A stretch of 57,049 nucleotides of DNA, counting the filler, from Dirinaria sp. TL-2023a (taxonomy: Eukaryota), in the NCBI GenBank assembly GCA_051941275.1. It is 3 parts of 3 records of this genome, joined end to end, with 100 filler letters (N's around TTAATTAATTAA, not from the genome) between each part and the next. Parts side by side here need not be neighbours in the genome. Positions count along the whole stretch, not along the records: positions 38,103 to 57,049 come from JAVEBF010000360.1; 2 more parts are not named here. One strand, written 5' to 3'. Below the pieces are notes generated by a model, which saw only the letters and a list, made by a program, of their open reading frames with translations, ran no database searches and was not told the origin of the DNA. The position numbers and the translations under genes were made by a program. Below are positions 48,682 to 57,049 of this stretch, piece after piece (position 1 is the stretch's first letter; every line of letters starts with the position of its first letter).

Positions 48682-50250
48682 CTAATGAGCCTTTTCATAC
48701 GTCGTCAAACCAGCCATCATATCTTTATGGTACCAGGGTTCCTCGTTATAAATGGCGTAATTCTGGAGCTTGAAAAAGTATAGGTTAGCTTCCTGGCCAC
48801 CTTTTGCTGCCATACTGAAGGCAATCCCCGCATCCCTCAATCTTTCACTCATTCCTGACAACGAGATTTCAAAAACCACATGTTCGTCAAGTCCCACGAT
48901 TCTTAAAGTAGCCAGATCAGGCAAGCGATGCTCTCTTTCGTCTGGAAGCTTCTGTAAAGCCAGCTTCAATATGCGCATGCTGTCCCCGGGAATTGAAGAA
49001 GCTCTCTTAGTGTTGCTCTTCGTAGCGTTGGAAGAGCTCCGCTCGGCTTCTTCCGTCACACGCAGGTTGTCGTTAGCGTCATCTGATGTTGTTGACCATA
49101 CGTCGTCTTCGCAAGAGCCCTCTTTGCTTCCATCGTGAAGTAGCAGGTTACGGAGTGAGCTTGGGAGCTCGGTGCCGAAGGTACGACGGCCTGTGAAGGA
49201 ATCATTGAATATAAGGGAGCAATCAACGATGACTGTCTCTAGTGTATGAAAACCCCGCAACGAACCGAGGTAGCGGCGATCACCCGTCGGGTTGATCTCA
49301 TCCTTGTAAATGGGGTCTGGAAGGAGCTGCAAGAATCGCAGTGTATCCCGTGCGTTGGCGAGTAAGCTGACTCGTATCCAGTACGGGTCTAAGTGATTGT
49401 TTGCCTCTCTTTGGCTCGCGACGTAGCTGAAACACTCCAGATGTGGTGTGGATTCTATCAGCGAAGCGGCTAATTTTGTGTCGATGCCGCACTCCTTCAA
49501 AACTAGGGTTCTAATGTTTGAGCACTGACTTGAAGGTTGCGTGAGGGTGCTGTCATCCAAGCTCTCTGTGAAGCCAGACCCTCGCGCAATGCGGACAGAG
49601 GGGATCTGAATGAACCGCCTAAAAGTAGGAAGAGATAGCCGTCCGTCCGAAACAAGCGCTACGGTGTGAAGCTTCGGCAAGAGAAATAGGCTGGGGCTTT
49701 CCACTGCCTCGTCTAACACAGCTTGCAAACAGGTACAGTCATCACGGTCCCGGGTGCTTGTCCCTATCGAAAGTGTGGAGAGGTTTGGTAAAAGCGGCAG
49801 CAGTAAAGCCACAACGGGGTCTTCGTCACCTTTTTCGAGGCGCTCTAACCACAGTGCCCTGGACTGATTGGTCAAACCGCGCTTGTTGCTAATCAGCCTT
49901 CGCAGTATTGACATTGTGCTTTGCGGATACTCGGGATGTTCTGGGAATCCCAACCCTTCATATTCAGTCTTCCAGGCAACCAACAACTGAGGAATTGCGA
50001 GAGCTGTCACATAGAGACCGATCACGGGATCCTGGATGATATCGACCACCAGCTTAGCCAAGGGTCCCTCGTCATATGCATTGAGTATCCCGGAATACTC
50101 GTCCAGCAGCTCCCGATGCCGCTCCAGCGCTGATTTGGCAAGGGCATGAATGCGCGAATTGGTAATGGCGAAATTGACCAGATCTTCGCGATAGGTGCTG
50201 AAGATTATTTTCTCGAGCAGTTCGCTGGGTAGATCCATGAGCAAAGCCAT
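48682..50250 (-). CDS. F-box-like protein with degenerate LRR region, intronless, about 522 aa
   Basis: N-terminal LMDLPSELLEKII F-box signature; LLLPLLPNLSTLSI, LPKLHTVAL, YLGSLRGFHTLETV and LPSSLRNLLL LRR-like units. First ATG at 50250. Confidence 0.82.
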   Translation of the reverse strand: MALLMDLPSELLEKIIFSTYREDLVNFAITNSRIHALAKSALERHRELLDEYSGILNAYDEGPLAKLVVDIIQDPVIGLYVTALAIPQLLVAWKTEYEGLGFPEHPEYPQSTMSILRRLISNKRGLTNQSRALWLERLEKGDEDPVVALLLPLLPNLSTLSIGTSTRDRDDCTCLQAVLDEAVESPSLFLLPKLHTVALVSDGRLSLPTFRRFIQIPSVRIARGSGFTESLDDSTLTQPSSQCSNIRTLVLKECGIDTKLAASLIESTPHLECFSYVASQREANNHLDPYWIRVSLLANARDTLRFLQLLPDPIYKDEINPTGDRRYLGSLRGFHTLETVIVDCSLIFNDSFTGRRTFGTELPSSLRNLLLHDGSKEGSCEDDVWSTTSDDANDNLRVTEEAERSSSNATKSNTKRASSIPGDSMRILKLALQKLPDEREHRLPDLATLRIVGLDEHVVFEISLSGMSERLRDAGIAFSMAAKGGQEANLYFFKLQNYAIYNEEPWYHKDMMAGLTTYEKAH

Positions 50251-51256
50251 AGCCTGTATGGTTGTTGGTTCGCTGCTGCAAATTGGGGAGTCTGGACACT
50301 TCAAGTTGGACAAGCAGTCAGACCAGCATTTTTACGAGTAACGGTCATCCAGCGTGAGCCAGATACTTTATGAAATCAGCTACCAGACTCGGGACATAGG
50401 CAGTCGCCAACGTGGCCAGACTGGCTGGGCCGTACTGCTAAGGTAAGTAAGTACTGTACCTTACATTGGGACACTCTGGACGCAACAGTCTGGGTATCAC
50501 GTGCTTCATCGCGGCTTCCTCAGCTTGCGCTTTCACCGACGTTTGCCCGAAGACCCCAGCTTAGCGGCAACTCGGGCGGGGGTGCCGCAGAGACAAGAGG
50601 CAAGTGCAGGCGATTATTCAGGGTCCTCGGGTCTGATCGCCTCATCCATGCCAGTCGCCTCTATAAGATTGATTCCCTTACCACATTGCATATTTTTTGT
50701 GTGTCGGCTGATCCTCGATGTATTCGTATGGGGAAAATGGTCCGGATTAACTTTCAGATCTTTGCACAACAAGTCAATGAACGCCAATCTGATGATGAGA
50801 GACGGTCCGAGCCAGTCCGGCGGTTTGCCATCTCGTGCAACTTTGCGCGTGTCTGCTACAGTAGCCAGCGATGCCCGTTCCTGATCTATTCTCCGAGCCT
50901 CCATCCCTACTGCAATCGCATCTCCTTCTCCATCAACCCTAGCATGGCCTCTATACCCATCAGACTACTCCAGCGTCTGCACATTCAGCTCCCCTTCTGA
51001 TCCCGTCACGCTCGCCACGCACTACTGCGTATCCTTGGCAGGGTTTCCCTGGACAATGATGTTGTTTAACCTTTGGCATGCCGAGACGCCTATATATGGA
51101 CGGCGTGTCTTTCGACGCTGAACTTGCTTTTCATCAATGCTTCCAGGGACACTTCTTCACCACATCCTGCTCTTGTAAATATTCTCCCAACGTACACGTC
51201 CCGGCTGTTGTACATACATTCCGTGCCTGCATCTCCTTCGTTCCTGTTGCTCGTTC

Positions 51257-52435
51257 ATGATGACTGGCAGTACATTGAACATCGCCCTTGCGAATCAATC
51301 ACGTTCCTCGAAGGTCTATGCTTACGTCACCGGCCAAGCACTGGATCACAACAACGCCGTCTTCCTCCTGCGATCCGATGGAAAGACGCCATACTATCCA
51401 ACCTCTCCTTCCTCGACCGGTGCTCATCTGGCTGTCGACTGCGCCATCCACTTGGGAGCCCCCGGCTCCACCACGTCCATAGTGATTCCTCGCATCGCTG
51501 GTGGCCGCATCTGGTTCGCCATTGACAACAAGTTGACCTTCCTTCTCAATCCTGGTCCGCCCGGCAGCTCTAGTGCCGCCTTGGTGGAGCCTTCGACCAC
51601 GAATCCAACAGATCCAAACATTGATGTCGTGTGGGACTTTTGCGAGTTCACTTTCAACGAAGCGCAGATCTTCGCCAACATCACCTATGTTGATTTCGTG
51701 TCAATTCCAATCGCCCTCACCCTCCAGAACACTGCTGGGGCAACGCAGCACGTCTCAGGCATGGCCGCCAATGGCCTGGACGTTATTTGCTCGGCGCTGC
51801 AAGCGCAGTCTAGGGCTGAAAACCACAGTGCTTGGTCTTCACTCATCGTTCCAAAACGCTCAGGGGGCAACCTTCGAGCCTTGAGTCCCAACAATGCGCC
51901 TAACAAATCCCTCTTCAACGGCTACTACCAATCGTATGTGGACGCCGTGTACTCCAAGTATTCCAGTACCCCACTGTCCGTCGACACCCAAGCTTCGTAT
52001 GGGACAGTCCCAGGCACTGTTAGAAACGACGTTCTGGATTTCGGTACGGGCGGGCAGTTCGCAAAGCCGTCAGCGGCAGACATTTTCGGTTGTAGCACTG
52101 GGCCATTTGCAGACACGTCTGGCGAGCGTGCAGCCTTTGTGCCTCGGATCGCGGCTGGATTCAATCGCTCTACGCTATTAATTGATCCTCTGGTTCCCCA
52201 TGCAACGCCTGCCCAATACTATCGGAGCACGCCAACCAACCATTACTCGCGCATCGTACACGCTGTGAACCTTGATGGCCGGGGCTATGCCTTCCCGTAT
52301 GACGATGTCACTCCTACTGGAGGCCAGGATCAATCTGGGGCCGTGCATGATGGATCTCCCCGGCTTCTTACGATCACCGTGGGAGGTGGTAACGCAAGCT
52401 CTACCAGTAAGCATACCCCCAAGGCCCGACTTTGA
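51257..52435 (+). CDS. Glycoside hydrolase family 64 beta-1,3-glucanase, no signal peptide
   Basis: IPRIAGGRIWF, WDFCEFTFN, ANITYVDFVSIP, LRALSPN, AAGFNRSTL, TNHYSRIVH and GYAFPYDDV. Confidence 0.93.
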   Translation: MMTGSTLNIALANQSRSSKVYAYVTGQALDHNNAVFLLRSDGKTPYYPTSPSSTGAHLAVDCAIHLGAPGSTTSIVIPRIAGGRIWFAIDNKLTFLLNPGPPGSSSAALVEPSTTNPTDPNIDVVWDFCEFTFNEAQIFANITYVDFVSIPIALTLQNTAGATQHVSGMAANGLDVICSALQAQSRAENHSAWSSLIVPKRSGGNLRALSPNNAPNKSLFNGYYQSYVDAVYSKYSSTPLSVDTQASYGTVPGTVRNDVLDFGTGGQFAKPSAADIFGCSTGPFADTSGERAAFVPRIAAGFNRSTLLIDPLVPHATPAQYYRSTPTNHYSRIVHAVNLDGRGYAFPYDDVTPTGGQDQSGAVHDGSPRLLTITVGGGNASSTSKHTPKARL

Positions 52436-55424
52436 GCCTTGGCTGTTGCTTTGCGGCTTTCAAAGTATGCGCAAGTCTTCACAGGTCCTAATTTGCTGTT
52501 TCTGTTTGTACAGAGTTCACTTGACTTCTACCTTACGTTCATGCTTTGAAAAGCGGTTAGCGGTGGATCACTCATTCGCGCTTCGTTTTCTTTGTATATA
52601 TTGAGTCTCAGATTCTGTTGAGATAGGTTCGTTCTGTGGGTGATGTTTTCGAACGAGATTTGTTCTGCGCTTTACTGGTTTTGTGGTAGTTGCTGGGTGG
52701 ACTGTCTGTCAGTAATTGATCTCATCCCATGGCTAAGCTGTTGCGTGGTCTTCTATAAGCCTGCGCCTCGATACTCTACGTGTTCGTTGCCATTTGAGCC
52801 CCGTACAATTTCAAGTCCGTCGATAGCGGTATACTGCTATGCCGGCTCCAGGTGAGTAAGAACGGATAATGGGCAAGGAAACGGTTGGCATAACAATCTG
52901 CTTCTGGACCTGAATCGCTGATTTAGCCTAGGAGACGATTATAGGATGCTGCGCGATTCGGGGGATCTATAGCCACCACGCTGTTTCCAAGTCTTCTTTA
53001 AGCACGTCCACTATGTGGCAACAAGGTGTGCTGAGGACTTCCGCCTTCGTCTTTCAAAGTCACCCTTCTCCATTCCGGTTGAGGTGGGTGTTGTCCATCG
53101 ACGTCATGATCACCAAGGTCAAAGCGGAATAAGGTCAAAGCGATTACTGTAGGCATCAAAACGCTATTTCTGGGCACGCCGATGCCTGAACCCTGTTTCC
53201 CTGGCGTCCGAATATCATAGGCTACCGGCATGTCCAGCTGACAGCTCCAGGTGCATGGTTCGGGCTCGGGTCTAGACCATCGACTCCCCTGAATTCCTTC
53301 AAGTGTACGGAGTATCGAGTCATGTTCCACAATGCCAGGCGACAGTCGACCGAGACCATGCGATGTCAACCGAACATCACTGTCATGACACGTGGGGCAC
53401 TTACCCACGGCGGTCGCCTGTATGGTCTTCTCTGTCGTCGTTACCTATAGGTCAGTCGGTCATTTTCTTCATTGCTGCCAAGAGAAGTCTCACAAGGATT
53501 GATCATATCGCTCGGTGCATCGCGAGGTCTTTCCCTCATAGAACGTTTGAGCATAAGTGTCCCATGCACGACAGCCTTAAATAGGAACGGAACTGACTCA
53601 CTCAGGGGGTTTGAAGAATGCAGCCGGCATGCTCGCGTAGATGGCACTCATGGCAGTGGGCGTATCTGCCTAACCGCAAGAGGCACAGCTAGGCGTTTCG
53701 AAAGCTTCTATACGACCTTCCACTTCGATTTGGTCAATGTATTGACGGGCAAAACGGCTGGAGTAGAGGGTCTTGAGTGTGGCTGATCGGATGTTACGGA
53801 AGGTAACTAAACATAAGACAACATTTGCAACTCAAGAGTTTCCTTCACGCAAAACTTTGCTCTCTCGGAAGCTTTCCAACATTGGCAAGCTCTGGAATCT
53901 CACAGCGCCGTTGGCAGGGTGGCGGCCGGAGAGCTGCCAGAGGCGGTTATTGACTACCTCAGATGCCTTGGCTTTGCGGCAGGAAGAGAGCTCGGCGTCT
54001 GTTTGGGAACTTCATGTACAATATCCAAACACGTTTTCTCACATTCCTGATTGGAAACCTGAATGCTTGCTTCACGATCAGCAAGATTGGAGCGAGGAGA
54101 TAGGTATGCCAAAAGAGAACAAGTGATGTTGTTCTGCTATACAGGTGCAAGGCCGATGAGCGAAGGGATTAAATCCGGCACTCCGCCGGGTGTCACATGA
54201 ATCAGAAACCGGATTCTGTCTTTTATTCGTCTGATATGAAGCGAAGCTTTATTATCAATTTATCGTCGAATGGGAAGATGATTATCGAGTGCTTCGTATG
54301 AGGACTCAAGGCAAGGTCCCTTAGCCTTCTTTGAAACTCGCTATGCCGAATATTAGCCGTAGTCCGGGGTTTAGCCTGCTGACCTCAATGCTGATTAGTC
54401 AGCGCAGCCTTGTGGTAGAAGCGAGTGATTGACGATTGATCCTATCACACAGCAATCGGTCAAGAGCTGGGCCCATGAACACATATACTCGATCACGCCG
54501 AGATGGTCGTTGCCGAATAGCTGAGCAGTGATCGACCATACAGTATGGTCTTCGGAAAGGACAAAGAAAACCGTTTCCTTTGTTTGTTGGCTTAGAAGCA
54601 GTAAACTATGACGTCGGCGAACGATGTCGACTGGACTTCAGCTATCCCATGCAAAGCAACTGTTCACCAATAGATGCCTTTGCCGAAAGCGCTTCAGAAG
54701 CTATCTCTGTGGAAATAAAAGCTAAAAATTTCTCGCTACTACCACCGTGAGACCACTGATAGTAGCCTAGATGACGGGCGTTCGATCCATCGGACATGCA
54801 AGTTATACACATTTTAGTGGACAATCTGTATGATGGGTCTAGCCCTTTGATGGAGGCAGCTGAGTGTTCTCGTTGACCTCTTTGCCTGGTGCTCATTGTC
54901 GGCTCATCAGGGGCTCAACAGTGGCGTTCGGCCTTGCATTGACAATTAGGAGGAAAAGCTTCTCGAACCCTGACACCGCAACGATGATGAGTGAGGCGTG
55001 GCGTCCCTTTGTCACAAGAAACCATTCAAATCAGCTAAATATATCCCCTAAATTCATTTACCTCATTATCTGGGATTAAGCTTCCAGCTCCCCCTTTTAG
55101 GAGGCGTAGAAGCCTTTGTTCGTCTCACTCGTCAGAATGTACAGCTATAAGTCTGCCCTAGCCAGCACGGCCAACTTCTACACTGTAGTTTCTTAGGTTT
55201 GGCATACTCACGCTCCTTTGCGCCAGCTTTCCTATTAATTTCATTCTATCACTCATCAGCTTACTTTTGCGACGACCGCTGCTTAGCCAGTCAGTGTCAT
55301 CGCGCAACTCAGTCCATCAAGAAAAGTCCGGTCCTTACTTTAGCTTTGTTTACTCCTGTGTTGAACTATCCGCCGCTACCAACAACGCTCCTTTTTCAAG
55401 TTTTTTCATTAAATCAAAACCAAA

Positions 55425-57049
55425 ATGCGTTTGGTCAGTGGAACCACGGCATTTGTTGCACTTGGCAGTGCACTTCTGAGAAGCGCCAATGCCCAAGTTA
55501 CAACCAAATGCAACCCATTGAAAGGTAGTCTGCCTGCTTCGTCGCCTCTATCTCAAGCTAACTGTTCCAGGCGTCTGCCCCAACGACCGCGGATTGTCAA
55601 AGGACCACTATTCCATTGACTTTACTTCGACCTCCAACCTGCCATCCGAATGGGTTGTAGCTGATGACGAGAAAGTGACCCTCGGTAAAGACGGAGCCGA
55701 GTTTACTTTTGCGAAGAGATATGATGCTCCCACGATGTCCACGGACTTCGCTTTCTTCTTTGGACGAGTCGAGTATGTGGTGAAAGCCGCTGCGGGGACG
55801 GGAATTGTCAGCAGCATGGTCCTGCTGTCTGATGATCTCGATGAAGTCGACTGGGAGTTTCGTGGCGGGGTCACCGACTCCGTGCAGACCAATTACTTCG
55901 GCAAAGGCTATACCGGGACCTACAACCGCTCTACGACACCTTCTGTTACGTCTCCGCAGACGGCCTTCCACACGTATGCCGTTGACTGGTCTCCTGATGC
56001 TCTCGTCTGGTCTATCGACGGCAAAGATGTAAGGACTCTCAAAGCAGCTGACGCGGACGGAAATGGCGCTCAATACCCACAGACTCCGATGAAAGTCAGT
56101 CTGAGCCTGTGGGATGGTGGAGACCCGGCCAAAGACCCTGCTACGATACAATGGGCTGGAGGTGAGACTGATGTTAAGTCTGGGCATGCATATACCATGT
56201 ATGTTTCCAAGGTCAGCATATGGAACTCCAACCCAGCACAGCAATATCTGTACACCGACAGGTCCGGTTCGTGGAAGAGCATTCAATGTCTCAATGAAAC
56301 CATGAATGCGCCAGCGGTGCAGCCCAATAAAACGCAAACATTGAAGTTGAGCCCGACGGGGATGATTTCCAACCATTCAGGACACCACAACAGCAGCAGG
56401 CTCCACCCCACAGGCAAAGCTCCGTACTACAGGAACACAACTTTCCACGCGACGAGTCACCGCATCGCAAGCCATGCAACTGCCTTGCACCCTATGCCAG
56501 CTACCATGCAAAACATGTCAACTGCTTCCAAAGCCATGGCAACCTCGCCCAAAAGCTGCATCACTACTGTCATCACCAGCAACGGCATTGTCACTACTAG
56601 CACCATCTCAGCTACAGCAAATGCTGCTTCTAACCCACCCGCCGTTGCATCTAGCGGTACTGTTCTTCCCATAAGCAATAGCCCCATCATTACTAGTAGC
56701 CTCTCAGCTCCAGAGGCTGCTACTGCTTCGCCAGCGAGCACCCCTTGCACAACCTGCAAGACCGTTCTGATCACGAGCAACAGTGTGACCAGCACAAGCA
56801 CTATGACTGTGCCAGTGGCTGCGACAGATTCAGTCCCTGCGACTGCCAGTACCTCCTCGACATGCATTACGACGCTTGTCACCACTAACGGTGTGGTTTC
56901 AGTGGAGACTCTCACGCTGACAGCCACCTTGTCGTCCACCCTGACAATGACACCCTCAGCAGCTACCTTTTCAACAGCAGCAGCAGTCACTGGCGCATCG
57001 ACTCCAGCATCCATGGCACCATCTGCAGCAGTGACTCCAGCATCATCTC
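55425..57049 (+). CDS. GH16 Crh-family cell-wall transglycosylase with long Ser/Thr/Ala tail; intron 55525-55570; runs off the window end
   Basis: Signal peptide MRLVSGTTAFVALGSALLRSANA, CNPLK-G-VCP, FFFGRVE, GIVSSMVLLSDDLDEVDWEF catalytic motif, QTNYFGKG and YPQTPMKVSLSLWDGGD. No stop before 57049. Confidence 0.92.

Noticed and set aside
53770..54150. Protein-like frames in the GH64-GH16 intergenic region
   Set aside because: No consistent start, splice structure or known motif; a relic cannot be excluded.
1..57049. CRISPR arrays, rRNA/tRNA genes, intact transposases or retroelements, PKS/NRPS core genes, telomere repeats
   Set aside because: No spaced direct repeats and no RT, integrase, DDE, synthase or TTAGGG-array signatures were recognised by eye.

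Overview
Eukaryotic, intron-containing DNA from a filamentous ascomycete. The housekeeping proteins suggest a Eurotiomycete, possibly a lichen-forming or black-fungus lineage (inference only). The window holds three contigs joined by two identical artificial 100-nt spacers (N44-TTAATTAATTAA-N44, at 18956-19055 and 38003-38102), so adjacency across them is unproven. Contig 1 (1-18955) looks accessory: about 5.4 kb of decayed DNA partly depleted in CC/GG, then a small secreted protein, a probably broken methyltransferase, an MFS transporter, an APH-family phosphotransferase, a 109-aa orphan and two SDRs. Contig 2 (19056-38002) opens with a tandem kinase-pseudokinase gene lying tail-to-tail with a HeLo-domain + pseudokinase gene. 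That MLKL-like architecture is the best candidate for an undescribed cell-death or immunity module. It is followed by RPS8, a metallophosphoesterase, a hypothetical gene, GlcNAc-6-P deacetylase, a Mug190-like C2 protein, acetyl-CoA synthetase and a Gly/Arg-rich ORF. Contig 3 (38103-57049) has a Ser/Pro-rich protein, a small zinc-finger protein, a Zn2Cys6 transcription factor, a DUF3824-like protein, an F-box protein, a GH64 glucanase and a 3'-truncated GH16 Crh transglycosylase. Exon models were read by eye from GT..branch..AG signals and frame continuity. I recognised no RNA genes, CRISPR arrays or intact transposases.
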